Below are positions 1 to 9,716 of a stretch of DNA of 64,000 nucleotides, one piece after another. The stretch covers positions 896,001 through 960,000 of the forward strand of contig CBDEFO010000008.1 of assembly GCA_965237525.1 (NCBI GenBank), written 5' to 3'. Both the position numbers and the translations under genes were made by a program. The DNA comes from Candidatus Latescibacterota bacterium (lineage in GTDB: Bacteria; Latescibacterota; CBDEFO01). The notes beneath the pieces were generated by a model. That model did not search any database. It was not told where the DNA came from and saw only the letters and a list, made by a program, of their open reading frames with translations. Each line of letters begins with the position of its first letter. Positions within the stretch are counted from its first letter, which is position 1.

Positions 1-596
1 ATGTGCTCTACGCCTAATTTCAGAAATTCGTATATCTGTACCAGGAGCGATGTGCCTTTCCTAGCCAGGTCAAGTTTATAGTCGTTAGCGGCGTTAAACA
101 CATGTTTTCGAACGTCATCACCGAGATTTATCCTGGCAAAGTTCTGGTGCCTCAGATCTATATCGCTGAGTACCGTGCATTCGATTTTCAAGTCCTTAAT
201 TTCATCTTCACTTTGATAGATCATTGCGATCTGCAAAGACCTAACGTGCAATCGGCCCTTGTGCAGCGTTTCGGACATCCTGAATCCCTGTAAAGAGGGC
301 AGGCATCCGACGCCGTTATTGATTACTGTGATCTTCTGACTCACATACGCAAATATTGCGTCTTTGTGCTCTTCTATCTCGTTCCTTGCAATCAACTTAT
401 CGCCGTTGCTGTCTATCCTTACGGCTTCAGAAAGGTCAGAGCTTGAGACAGAAAGTGTGTACCTAATACTTCTTTCCTCGACAGATATCTTCGAATAGCT
501 AATAGTATTAGTATGCGCCCAAGCGTCATTTGCGGGTCGAACCCCTGCCATCGTCAGGGCCGCTATTCCTAACGACAAAAGAGCCTTTTTTATCAT
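1..596 (-). CDS. HupE/UreJ-family protein with N-terminal extracytoplasmic domain; runs off the window start (partial)
   Basis: Not in the ORF track. ATG at 596 with GGAGG RBS, signal peptide MIKKALLSLGIAALTMAG, then AWAHTNTISYSKI. The frame stays open to the window edge, ending QIYEFLKLGVEH, the typical start of the HupE/UreJ membrane domain. Confidence 0.75.
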   Translation of the reverse strand, partial: MIKKALLSLGIAALTMAGVRPANDAWAHTNTISYSKISVEERSIRYTLSVSSSDLSEAVRIDSNGDKLIARNEIEEHKDAIFAYVSQKITVINNGVGCLPSLQGFRMSETLHKGRLHVRSLQIAMIYQSEDEIKDLKIECTVLSDIDLRHQNFARINLGDDVRKHVFNAANDYKLDLARKGTSLLVQIYEFLKLGVEH

Positions 597-1127
597 TACA
601 TCTGACCTCCTGCTCTTATATTTTCCTCAAAGTGTCGCAGAGCTTTTGGAAAATATAGTTACAGAGTTCTTCAAAGTCCAGATTTTCGGATCTACTGTCT
701 ATTTTTAGCCTGACAAAGTAGGATAAATTGTTACATTTAAGATGTAAGAGGGCTTGAATATCTTTATCGAGTCAATCGCAGTTAGCTAACAGCAGGAAAC
801 AGAAAGGAGAGCTGATCAGTCAATATCTGTGAGTGTGCCTGTCGGATGACATATTTGCTTGCCTACAGAGACCGTAATTTGAGATTGTGCCGACGGCACT
901 GGCTGTCTTAGATCAGGTTGCGAGTATTGAACCGATGCGAAGAGGACGCCTGGGAAGCGTAATCTGATGGACTGTCAGCACTCCTCTTATAAGGGAAAAG
1001 CAGTAGGGCCACAGCCGGCCAGAACAGCTAACACGAAGATCTGCCCCTCGTAAGGAACTATACCTAAAAAGGTAATACAGCGACCGCAAGAGGGGCAGGT
1101 TTTATTGCAATACGGAAGGCAAAACCT

Positions 1128-1988
1128 TTAAAAGCTCTCAAAGTAGATAATCCTCAGCTCGCGGCTGGGTTCGTCACTTTTGGCTTTTGAAATGAGGTCT
1201 TTCACGTCGAACTCGAAGCTAAAATCTGAAGATATGTTCCATCTTGCACCCGCGTTGAGGTAGCCTTCACCGGAGAAGAGATCATCTCTGTCGCTGTCAT
1301 TGATCGCAAAATCGTACTCCACAAGGAGGGAAAGTTCCGCATTTATCCCTTTGTCCAATCCGATGTAACCTGAGATGTCGTCATCTTGGTCCTTATCCTC
1401 CAAAGTGCGATTTACTCCCCCATGCAGACCCAATCTCCCAAAGGCTGTTGAAAAATTTCTGCTCAGGGCCGCATAGAAACCTTTTGACTTTATGTCGTAT
1501 CTCTCAAGTTCGTCATCGTAGCCTCCGAACCCTTGAGATTCAAAGCCTATAACTAAAGCCGCAAAGCTTGACGATTCCTCAAAGAGCCTGTATTTTCCTC
1601 TAAATCCGACTTTTGGGTTCCAGTCTATATCCTGGCTCCCTATTATTCCCTCTCCTCCGAACGAAAAGCCCACTGAAAGCCTGTCCGCAAGGTTTACTTC
1701 GAGGGCACCGAGTATCCCGCCTTTGGCGAACAGCCTGAGGTCTATGTCAAAACTGCCTTTTGGGTGCAATCCGGCTGTCGGGCTGTCTATGAGCCTTTCT
1801 ATTTGAAGAGCTTGCTGACCTTCTGAAGGGGAATTTAGCATAGACAAAAAAAGAACCACCAAAATCAGCAGACAGTTGGCAGTAGACAATAGACGGGGCA
1901 CCTCCTCTCTTTCCCCCTGTATGCTGTCAATTGTTTGCTGGCAACTTGTTTTGCTGTTTACATGTAATTGCGATTTCTCTTTCTTCAT
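1128..1988 (-). CDS. Outer-membrane beta-barrel protein (YjbH-like); true start probably downstream of 1988
   Basis: Signal peptide-like stretch, LIDSPTAG motif, amphipathic strands, C-terminal Phe. Confidence 0.6.
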   Translation of the reverse strand: MKKEKSQLHVNSKTSCQQTIDSIQGEREEVPRLLSTANCLLILVVLFLSMLNSPSEGQQALQIERLIDSPTAGLHPKGSFDIDLRLFAKGGILGALEVNLADRLSVGFSFGGEGIIGSQDIDWNPKVGFRGKYRLFEESSSFAALVIGFESQGFGGYDDELERYDIKSKGFYAALSRNFSTAFGRLGLHGGVNRTLEDKDQDDDISGYIGLDKGINAELSLLVEYDFAINDSDRDDLFSGEGYLNAGARWNISSDFSFEFDVKDLISKAKSDEPSRELRIIYFESF

Positions 1989-2406
1989 CGTCTCCGATTC
2001 GTATTTGTACTTCTATGCTGTCTTCGGGCATTAGGGCCTCTATCTTGTCCGCCCATTCTATCAGACAGACGCCGTCTCCGTAGAAATACTCTTCATAGCC
2101 TAATTCTAAGATCTCCTCTGGGATCGTTAATCTGTAGAGGTCAAAGTGATAGATGGGGAATTTGGCTTGATATTGGTTGATAATCACGAACGTTGGACTG
2201 GAAATTTGATCTTCTACGTCCAGCCCTCTGCAGACTCCCCTTACAAAGCAGGTCTTGCCCGCGCCGAGTTCCCCTACAAGGCCGACCACCGTCCCTGGTT
2301 TTAACCCCTCTGCAAATTCTTCTCCGAACTTTTCTGTCTCCTGTTGGCTCGAGGTTACGACTCGACGTGATTGCATCGCCCGCAGCGAACGCTCCGTCTT
2401 TTCCAC
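1927..2406 (-). CDS. tsaE: tRNA threonylcarbamoyladenosine biosynthesis ATPase TsaE (alternative ATG start at 2376)
   Basis: GELGAGKT Walker A, SSPTF, YHFDLYRL and LIEWA motifs. Confidence 0.95.
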   Translation of the reverse strand: MEKTERSLRAMQSRRVVTSSQQETEKFGEEFAEGLKPGTVVGLVGELGAGKTCFVRGVCRGLDVEDQISSPTFVIINQYQAKFPIYHFDLYRLTIPEEILELGYEEYFYGDGVCLIEWADKIEALMPEDSIEVQIRIGDDEEREIAITCKQQNKLPANN

Positions 2407-2487
2407 CGTAATGGTTCCTTAGTTAAAGTGGTCAGCAAGGGTCTGTCCTGGCTACCGCCGATATATTCAATCGTAGGCTACTTCTAT

Positions 2488-4047
2488 TCACTTGGGATTC
2501 ATCACCACTACGGGGAGGATCATCTCCTCTAATGATATTCCTCCGTGCTGGAAGTTCCCTTTATAGTACCTTTCGTGCTCTCTTAGCTTGGTGGGATAGA
2601 CAAAGTAGTAGTCCTCTTTGGCTATTATGAAATTTGTCCTCATGCCGATATAAGGGAGCTTATACTCCTCCATATCTTCGATGAAGAGGGCTTGTCTTTT
2701 GTCACATCGCAAGTTTTTGCCGTATTTATATCTTAGGCTTGTGGACGTGTGTCTGTCTCCGTAGACTAAAGCAGACCTTGTCCCTAAAATGCTTCCGTGG
2801 TCGGTGGTCAAAACTACCACGGCATCCAGTCGCGCAATTTTCTTTAACATATCAAAAAGGGGCGAATGTATAAACCAGGACTTTGCAAGGGACCTTAAAG
2901 CCGCTTCGTCAGGAGCGATCTGTTGCAATATCTCTGACTCGGACCTCCCGTGGATCAGAATGTCCAAGAAATTGTAAACGGCAGAAACCAAAGGGACATC
3001 CCTGAAGGAATTTATCTTCTTTGCCAGGTTATTCCCCTCAGCCGTATTCAGGACTTTGACGTATTTGGAGCCGGGTCGGAGATCTAGACCCATGTTCGAG
3101 AGTTGGGCGTCTAGGAATTGATGTTCGTGGCGATTTCTGCTGTACTCGTCCTCTTTGCCTGCTCTCCAAAGCTGTGGATACTTATCTTCGATCTGGCTGG
3201 GGAAAAGACCGCTGAATATGGCGTTTCTGGAATAGGGCGTTGCAGTCGGCAAGATGGAATAATAGTAGCTTCTTTTGACGCTGTAAAGTTCCGACAAAAT
3301 AGGCTCTATCGAGAGCCACTGATCCAACCTCAAACAGTCAACGACTATGAAAAAGACCTGTTTTCCCGCGGCAAGATATGGATATACAAACTCCGATATT
3401 ACATCCACGGACAAAATAGGAGGATCGTCGTCTTGGAGCCAGTGTTTATATCTGCTTTCTACATATTTTCCAAACTCCATGTTGCACTTTCTCTTTTGGT
3501 CCTTGTGCAACTGCTTCAAGCCGCTGTCTTCGATATACTCGATCTCTAAATCCCACTCTGCCAGCTTGGAGTAGATTTCTACCCAATCCTCCCATGCCAT
3601 TCTTTCCGACAGCGTCTTGTCTATCTGTCCGAACTCCCAGACATAGTCCTTTCCGGCTCTGTCCTTCCTTATTTGGCCTACCTCGAGGATGCGCTTGCAG
3701 GCCGAAAGGATCTGGCTGGGGTTTACGGGCTTTGTCAGGTAATCATCGATCCTCTTTCCGATGGCTTCATCCATTAGATGCTCCTCTTTGTTCTTTGTGA
3801 TCATAACCACCGGAATGTTGGGGTCTATATCCTTAATATCAGAAAGTGTGGAGAGTCCGTCTTTACCGGGCATCATCTCGTCTAAGAGCACAATATCGAA
3901 AGGCTCCTTTTGGACCATAGAGATAGCATCTTCGCCGTTGGCCACAGGTGTCACTGCGTAGCCCCTTTGACCCAAGAATATGATATGCGATCTCAGAAGG
4001 TCTATCTCATCGTCCGCCCAAAGGATTTTTCGCTTGTCAAGATTCAT
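2488..4047 (-). CDS. PorX-like response regulator (receiver plus PglZ/alkaline-phosphatase-fold domain)
   Basis: Receiver ILWADDE...LLDEMMPG, plus SILPTATPYSRNAIF, TDHG and FQHGGISLEEM; adjacent to tsaE as in Bacteroidota. Confidence 0.9.
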   Translation of the reverse strand: MNLDKRKILWADDEIDLLRSHIIFLGQRGYAVTPVANGEDAISMVQKEPFDIVLLDEMMPGKDGLSTLSDIKDIDPNIPVVMITKNKEEHLMDEAIGKRIDDYLTKPVNPSQILSACKRILEVGQIRKDRAGKDYVWEFGQIDKTLSERMAWEDWVEIYSKLAEWDLEIEYIEDSGLKQLHKDQKRKCNMEFGKYVESRYKHWLQDDDPPILSVDVISEFVYPYLAAGKQVFFIVVDCLRLDQWLSIEPILSELYSVKRSYYYSILPTATPYSRNAIFSGLFPSQIEDKYPQLWRAGKEDEYSRNRHEHQFLDAQLSNMGLDLRPGSKYVKVLNTAEGNNLAKKINSFRDVPLVSAVYNFLDILIHGRSESEILQQIAPDEAALRSLAKSWFIHSPLFDMLKKIARLDAVVVLTTDHGSILGTRSALVYGDRHTSTSLRYKYGKNLRCDKRQALFIEDMEEYKLPYIGMRTNFIIAKEDYYFVYPTKLREHERYYKGNFQHGGISLEEMILPVVVMNPK

Positions 4048-4050
4048 AGT

Positions 4051-5514
4051 CTATTCCCTTACAGTCTGGAGTCTACGGTGGCCCTCTGTCGGATCTTTTT
4101 GGGACCCATTGATCGCTTCTAAAGAGCGCCCTTGGACGTAATCACCGACAGGCAGCATAACCCGCACTGTCGTTCCCAGGCCCGGCGCGCTTTCTTTTAT
4201 GAAGATCTTGCCTTTGTGATAATCCTCGACTATCCTTTTGACAAACGTCATTCCCAGGCCCCATCCTCTGCCTTTAGTGCTGTAGCCGGGCAGGAAGATT
4301 TTCTTTTGATCCTGAACGTTTATTCCCCTTCCGTTGTCTTGGATATCTATTTGGATCCACTTTCCGCCTTCTTTAAAGTATGTCCTTATCTCTATTTTTC
4401 CATTTGCATTATCTATTGCGTCCATGGAGTTTTTGATCAGGTTCTCAAAGACCCAGCCTAAAAGTTGACCATTTATTATGACTTCAGGGACTCCCCCGAA
4501 GTTTTCCACTATCTCCACTTTTCTTCCGATCTGCGGCAGACGGTGTTGGAAATAGGATATAGTCTCACAGATCACGTCTTCCACATTCCCACTCTTCAAC
4601 TCGGGAACTGAGCCTATCTGGCCGAATCTGGAGGCGACTTTATTGAGCCTCTTTAAATCGTCCTCCATTTCATCTATTTTGCTTTGGAGACTGCGGGAGT
4701 TGTCTCTCCTTTCCCTGCCTGTATACTCGTGCAGTTCGGATTTCATCAATTCCAGCCACCCAGAAAGTGATGAAAGCGGTGTACCTAACTGATGCGCTGT
4801 CTCCTTTGCCATGCCCGTCCATATATACCTTTGCTCACTGTTTTTGATGTTATGAAAGCCTATGAACCCTATCACTATGAACAAAAATATGGCGGCTATC
4901 TCCAAGAAGGGGACCCACCAGAGCCTGTTGACCGCAGGGGGATCGCCGTAGTGAATTGTCAGATATTTGCCTGGAACCGGCTCGAACGTAATCGGCTCAT
5001 TTATCTTGTCCATCTCCTGGGCCATCTTTAGCAGTTCGGGTTTAATATCCCTTATGTACTCTTTTATGTTGATCTTGCTGCTGTGTGGATGGGGTATGTC
5101 CGGTATCTTGTTCCAAGAATCTATTACTTTTATTTCCCCAATATCCATAGTAATTATCATAGGGAAATCAAATTTTTCGATCAGATTGAAGCTGGCTGAT
5201 AAAGCTGCATGTTCTGCCTGTTCAGAACCGGATGCCCCCACAGTCGAAAGCAAGGTCACGTGGGATTTGACTGTCTCCCTGGCATTTACTCTCAGTTCTT
5301 GGATAACCCATCTGGTATGGACCAAAAAAAGTAGGATAATAGCCACGCCTATAACGAAAAGATAGCTTCTAAAGATTGAGGGTGTTACCTCAAATAAGAA
5401 CTTTTCCGACTTGAGTTTCGATTTCAACTTCCCCCAAATGCCGGGGTTCTCTTTATTCCTTTGAATCACCTTTCTCACTCCCTTTATGGGTAGACAGGGG
5501 GCACCGCCTCCCAT
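4051..5514 (-). CDS. Membrane sensor histidine kinase
   Basis: Two TM segments, ETAHQLGTPLS H-box, N-box ENLIKNS, DNGRG and GWGLG G-boxes. Confidence 0.93.
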   Translation of the reverse strand: MGGGAPCLPIKGVRKVIQRNKENPGIWGKLKSKLKSEKFLFEVTPSIFRSYLFVIGVAIILLFLVHTRWVIQELRVNARETVKSHVTLLSTVGASGSEQAEHAALSASFNLIEKFDFPMIITMDIGEIKVIDSWNKIPDIPHPHSSKINIKEYIRDIKPELLKMAQEMDKINEPITFEPVPGKYLTIHYGDPPAVNRLWWVPFLEIAAIFLFIVIGFIGFHNIKNSEQRYIWTGMAKETAHQLGTPLSSLSGWLELMKSELHEYTGRERRDNSRSLQSKIDEMEDDLKRLNKVASRFGQIGSVPELKSGNVEDVICETISYFQHRLPQIGRKVEIVENFGGVPEVIINGQLLGWVFENLIKNSMDAIDNANGKIEIRTYFKEGGKWIQIDIQDNGRGINVQDQKKIFLPGYSTKGRGWGLGMTFVKRIVEDYHKGKIFIKESAPGLGTTVRVMLPVGDYVQGRSLEAINGSQKDPTEGHRRLQTVRE

Positions 5515-5527
5515 ACCTGTAAACTGT

Positions 5528-6811
5528 CTACTTTTTACTATCTACTATTTCTTCCAGCCCTCCCATATAGTCTCTGAGCACGTCCGGTATCACTATTGAA
5601 CCGTCCTTTTGCTGATAGTTTTCCATAATTGCTATGACCGTTCTGGGGAGGGCAAGTCCGGAGCCGTTGAGTGTGTGGACGAATTCCACCTTTGCTCCGT
5701 CCTCGCGTCTGAATCTGATGTTAGCTCTCCTTGCTTGAAAGTCAGTGAAGGTACTGCAGGAGGACACCTCAAGAAATCGCTTAACACCTGAGGCCCACAC
5801 TTCTATGTCGTAGCACTTGGACGCAGCAAAGCTTAAGTCCCCTGTTGAAAGTTCTACCACCCTATAGGGGAGTTTCAGAAGCTGCAGCACTTCCTCTGCA
5901 TTCCCAAGAAGGCTTTCTAACTCATTCGGGGACTCCTCAGGCAACACGAATTTGACCATCTCCACCTTGTCGAATTGGTGGACCCTAATTAGGCCCCTTG
6001 TGTCCTTGCCATAGGAACCGGCTTCCCTCCGGAAGCAGGCCGTGTAGGACGTCAGATAGATAGGTAAATCTTCGCCTTTTAGTATCTCGTCTTTGTAGAT
6101 GTTCGTAACGGGGACTTCGGCTGTCGGAATCAAGAAGAGGTCGTCCTCTTCACAAAGATACATATCCTCCTCCAACTTGGGGAGCTGTCCTGTGCCGGTC
6201 ATAGCCTCCCTGTTGACCATAAAGGGCGGAAAGACCTCAGTGTAGCCGTGCTTTTCGATGTGGAGATCTATCATGAAGGCCACCAGAGCCCTCTGGAGTT
6301 TGGCTCCTACGCCCATGAACATGGCAAATCCTGAGCCTGCTATCTTCGAAGCCCTTCCCATATCGAGTATTTGGAGCCTTTCGCCGATATCCCAGTGCGC
6401 AAACGGAACAAAGTCGAAAGTTGGTTTTTCACCCCAGTTTTTGATCACCACGTTGGAGGACTCATCTGATCCCACAGGTGCAGATGAGTCGGGGATATTC
6501 GGCACCCACATCAGCACTTTCTGAAGCTGTGCATTTATAACTCTTATCTTATCGTCGAACTTCTTTATTGTGTAGGAGACCTTCTTCATCTCCTCTACTA
6601 TCAAAGAGGCGTCCTGCCCTTCCTTTTTAAGTTTTCCGATCTCTTTGGAGACCTTGTTCCTTTTGCCCTTAAGATCATCTACCCGACTTGACAGACTCCT
6701 TTTCTCTTCATCAAGTTCCAAAATCCTGTCTATATCGACAGACTCGCCTTTATTACGAGCACCTTTCTTGACAATATCCTCATTTTCCCTTATGAACCTC
6801 AAGTCCAGCAT
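5528..6811 (-). CDS. serS: Serine--tRNA ligase
   Basis: MLDLRFIR start, coiled coil, LIPTAEVP, FRREAGSYGKDTRGLIRVHQF, HTLNGSGLA. Confidence 0.98.
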   Translation of the reverse strand: MLDLRFIRENEDIVKKGARNKGESVDIDRILELDEEKRSLSSRVDDLKGKRNKVSKEIGKLKKEGQDASLIVEEMKKVSYTIKKFDDKIRVINAQLQKVLMWVPNIPDSSAPVGSDESSNVVIKNWGEKPTFDFVPFAHWDIGERLQILDMGRASKIAGSGFAMFMGVGAKLQRALVAFMIDLHIEKHGYTEVFPPFMVNREAMTGTGQLPKLEEDMYLCEEDDLFLIPTAEVPVTNIYKDEILKGEDLPIYLTSYTACFRREAGSYGKDTRGLIRVHQFDKVEMVKFVLPEESPNELESLLGNAEEVLQLLKLPYRVVELSTGDLSFAASKCYDIEVWASGVKRFLEVSSCSTFTDFQARRANIRFRREDGAKVEFVHTLNGSGLALPRTVIAIMENYQQKDGSIVIPDVLRDYMGGLEEIVDSKK

Positions 6812-6941
6812 TATGCCGTCCCCGTGGATATCTGAATTTGCAAAAGTGCAACCATTTAAAGTACCTTAACTGATAAAATATAATGAACTGTAAACAGAAA
6901 ACCAAATTTTTTCGTCAAAGTCGGTAAAATACAAAAATATC

Positions 6942-6970
6942 TTGACAAGTTGGAACTTAAATCCTATAAT
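6942..6970 (+). promoter_or_regulatory. Sigma70-type promoter of the csoR operon
   Basis: TTGACA (6942-6947), 17-bp spacer, TATAAT (6965-6970): perfect consensus. Confidence 0.85.
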
Positions 6971-6975
6971 TTTGT

Positions 6976-6994
6976 TATACCCTATAGGGGTATA
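6976..6994. promoter_or_regulatory. CsoR/RcnR-type operator
   Basis: TATACCCTATAGGGGTATA, a TAC...GTA inverted repeat with C/G tracts just downstream of the -10 box and upstream of csoR. Confidence 0.8.
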
Positions 6995-7035
6995 TTAAAT
7001 GATGTCGGTAGCCGAGCAGAAAGGAGAAGAGGAAA

Positions 7036-7350
7036 ATGGTACAAACAGAGGGCATCTGCATAGACCAGGACGTCTACCTTACTCCTGATGTCGAAAAGGA
7101 TCTATCAGATCGTCTCAGCCGAATCGAGGGACAGGTCAGAGGACTTAAAAAGATGCTTCTTGAGCATAAGGACTGTGAAAGCCTCCTGATCCAGGCAGCG
7201 GCCATTAAGGGAGCGATCACTGAGGTAACGATTAAGCTTCTGGAAGGACATATGGAGACGTGCGTGGCGGACTGTGTGGAACGGGGCCAGGGCGTCGAAG
7301 CGCTGGAGAAGCTCAAAGGGGCATTGGAAAAAGTGCTCAGAAAGTCATAA
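7036..7350 (+). CDS. csoR: CsoR/RcnR-family metal-sensing repressor
   Basis: RLSRIEGQVRGL...C...Q and HxxxC (HMETC) ligands. Confidence 0.88.
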   Translation: MVQTEGICIDQDVYLTPDVEKDLSDRLSRIEGQVRGLKKMLLEHKDCESLLIQAAAIKGAITEVTIKLLEGHMETCVADCVERGQGVEALEKLKGALEKVLRKS

Positions 7351-7380
7351 ACTTTATCTTAAAGCAGAAAGGAGATAGAT

Positions 7381-7965
7381 ATCGAAAAGCAATCATTATC
7401 AACTGTGGGTGCACTGACTGCGGGATTAGGTGCCTCGCTGTGCTGTATTGGACCGGTGGTGTTAGCCGTGTTGGGGCTTGGAGGCGCTGGACTGTTGGTC
7501 AGTCTCGAATCGTATCGTCCATATCTTATTGCGATAACAACAGTTCTGTTGGGACTCGGCTTTTGCCTTAATTACCGTAGTCCGAAAGAGGACTGCCAAG
7601 AGGGGGAAGTCTGCGCTCAGCCATCAGGAAAAAAGGCGGGAAAGATTACCCTGTGGATCGCCACAGCGGCCGTGATCCTCTTTGTGGCGTTCCCGTTTCT
7701 GCCGTTTGCAACGACAACTCAGGCGACAGTGGACGAAGGGCAATCGACCGTGATATTAGATGTGCAGGGGATGACCTGTGACGCCTGCGGCGTGGCGATC
7801 AAGGTCGCACTTTCAAAGTTGGACGGCGTCAAGAGTGCAGAGGTGGATTTTGACAAAAAGGCTGCTGAAGTTGCCTACGAAGAGGAGATGGTCACAGCTG
7901 GGGAAATGATCGCCGCTATCCAACATTTAGGTTATGGAGCAAGTCTCCCAGAAGGCCAAAATTAG
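7381..7965 (+). CDS. MerT-like metal transporter fused to a MerP/HMA domain (start uncertain: ATC at 7381 or GTG at 7405)
   Basis: ASLCCIGP, YRPY, CxxxxxC loop, C-terminal GMTCDAC HMA motif. Confidence 0.85.
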   Translation: MEKQSLSTVGALTAGLGASLCCIGPVVLAVLGLGGAGLLVSLESYRPYLIAITTVLLGLGFCLNYRSPKEDCQEGEVCAQPSGKKAGKITLWIATAAVILFVAFPFLPFATTTQATVDEGQSTVILDVQGMTCDACGVAIKVALSKLDGVKSAEVDFDKKAAEVAYEEEMVTAGEMIAAIQHLGYGASLPEGQN

Positions 7966-8015
7966 GAAGTATTTACGTGAGAAGTACGCATAATTCAAAC
8001 AGAAAGTGAGATTAC

Positions 8016-8999
8016 ATGCTGGGGCGCGATGAATTAAAAGCAGAAAGGATTTTAAAGATACTTTTACGGCTGAGCACAACTCGCGGCGTAAAAGTGTCCG
8101 ATTTAGCTGAGCAGTTTAACACGACGCAGCGGACTATATACAGAAATCTGACATCTCTTTCCCGATTGGGAGCGCCCATCTACAGCGACAGAGACGGATG
8201 GAAACTGCTTTCTGATTATTCTCCCCCGACCATCGGGCTTTCTTTGGAGGAAGCCGTAGCTTTACACGTGTCAGCCTCGTCCGCACCCACAGAGAAGATT
8301 CAGCCTTTTTCCAGACAGGTCAAATCTGCACTTTCGAAGATAAAAGAAACTTTTACAGATATGGTCAGAAGGGAGTTAGAGGAGATTCTCAGCAAGATCG
8401 ATATAGTGCCTCAGACAGGAGCAGACGATTCCAAAAGCAAAAAATTGGGCACTCTGTTCGACAGGGTGGAAAAATCTATATACAATAAGACCTCGATCAT
8501 AGCTTCGTACCGATCAGTCTCCAGAGATGAGCCTATAGAGCTCCGATTTGACCCTTATGCTCTCTTCTTCCGCCGACATTCCTGGTATCTGGCGGCGTAC
8601 GATCATAAAGATGAAAGGACAGAGGTCTTCAGGATGAACAGATTCGAATGGGTAAAAAGAACAAAAACCATATTCGATATTCCAGATGATCTCTCCTTAC
8701 AGGATTTTCTGTTGGACTCGTGGTACGTGTTTATGGGAGATGGGGAAGAAGTCGAAGTGGTGATCAGATTTTCTCCCAGAGTAGTTCCATTGGCAGAGGA
8801 AAGAGCACAAGGTCCGAATAGGAGCATAGAGCGACTCCCCGACGGGTCTGCAATTTACAGGGCGAAAGTCAAGGGGACTAAGGAGATAGGTTTCTGTGTA
8901 CTCAGTTTTGGAGATGAGGCAGCGGTTCTGGAGCCTCCTGAACTCAGGGAGGAAATGGGGAAAATAGCTCGAAAGGTAGCAGGATTATACGGAAGATAG
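8016..8999 (+). CDS. HTH-WYL transcriptional regulator (YafY/PafC-like)
   Basis: N-terminal HTH (LAEQFNTTQRTIYRNL), SWYLAAY, FRMNRF, WCX-like C-terminus. Confidence 0.92.
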   Translation: MLGRDELKAERILKILLRLSTTRGVKVSDLAEQFNTTQRTIYRNLTSLSRLGAPIYSDRDGWKLLSDYSPPTIGLSLEEAVALHVSASSAPTEKIQPFSRQVKSALSKIKETFTDMVRRELEEILSKIDIVPQTGADDSKSKKLGTLFDRVEKSIYNKTSIIASYRSVSRDEPIELRFDPYALFFRRHSWYLAAYDHKDERTEVFRMNRFEWVKRTKTIFDIPDDLSLQDFLLDSWYVFMGDGEEVEVVIRFSPRVVPLAEERAQGPNRSIERLPDGSAIYRAKVKGTKEIGFCVLSFGDEAAVLEPPELREEMGKIARKVAGLYGR

Positions 9000-9089
9000 A
9001 CTAAAATATCTTCAGTAGGTGTAGATGAGTTTTATTACAACACTCAGTTGACAGCTAATCCTTTCCCATTTTGAGAACGGAGTGATAAA

Positions 9090-9569
9090 ATGTCTGGCTG
9101 TTGGGAAATTGATAGAATAGAAACTGTCTCTTCTTCAAAATGTCCCGAATGCGGAAACAAAGGCAAAAAGGTGGAGGAAGTCACACTTCAACATCTTTTA
9201 ACAGATGAGAACATCCCTTTGATTCAAGATGCTCAATATTACTTCTGCCAAACTCCGCGGTGCGAGGTAGTCTATTTTTCAAACGATGCCTGCCAACGTT
9301 TCCAGAAATCAGACATACGGGTTCGCGTAGGAGTAAAGGAGACCGAAGATCCGATTCCTGTGTGCTACTGCTTCAATTTCACAGAGAAGATGATCTCTGA
9401 TGAGATCGCCCTGCATCAGAAGATGGCAATCCCTAAGAGGATCAGAGCTGAAGTAACGGCTGGCAACTGCGAATGTGAGATAAAAAATCCCAAAGGCAGT
9501 TGTTGCTTAGGTGATGTGAGTCGGGTTGTTAAAAAGGCGACAAAACTGCATAAAGCTGTCGCAGTGTAG
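9090..9569 (+). CDS. CopZ-N-like Zn/Fe-S metallochaperone
   Basis: CPEC, YFCQTPRCEVVY, PVCYCF, CECEIKNPKGSCC. Confidence 0.8.
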   Translation: MSGCWEIDRIETVSSSKCPECGNKGKKVEEVTLQHLLTDENIPLIQDAQYYFCQTPRCEVVYFSNDACQRFQKSDIRVRVGVKETEDPIPVCYCFNFTEKMISDEIALHQKMAIPKRIRAEVTAGNCECEIKNPKGSCCLGDVSRVVKKATKLHKAVAV

Positions 9570-9716
9570 GGAGCGTTTATAAGCTCTCAGCTTATCTCTA
9601 ATAAGGGGATTTTCAAAGAGATATTATGTCTAAATGATAAGATGTCTAAATGATAACATGTAGTCACTCAAACAACTTATCAACCGTTTAATCTTCTTTC
9701 ATAGGAGGTAGGGACT

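Noticed and set aside
600..1127. Cobalamin riboswitch upstream of the HupE/UreJ gene
   Set aside because: No B12-box or GGGAA/GCCACTG core motifs were visible on the minus strand.
2488..4047. BREX defence system suggested by the PglZ domain
   Set aside because: It is a receiver-PglZ (PorX-type) regulator beside a kinase and tsaE, with no other brx genes.
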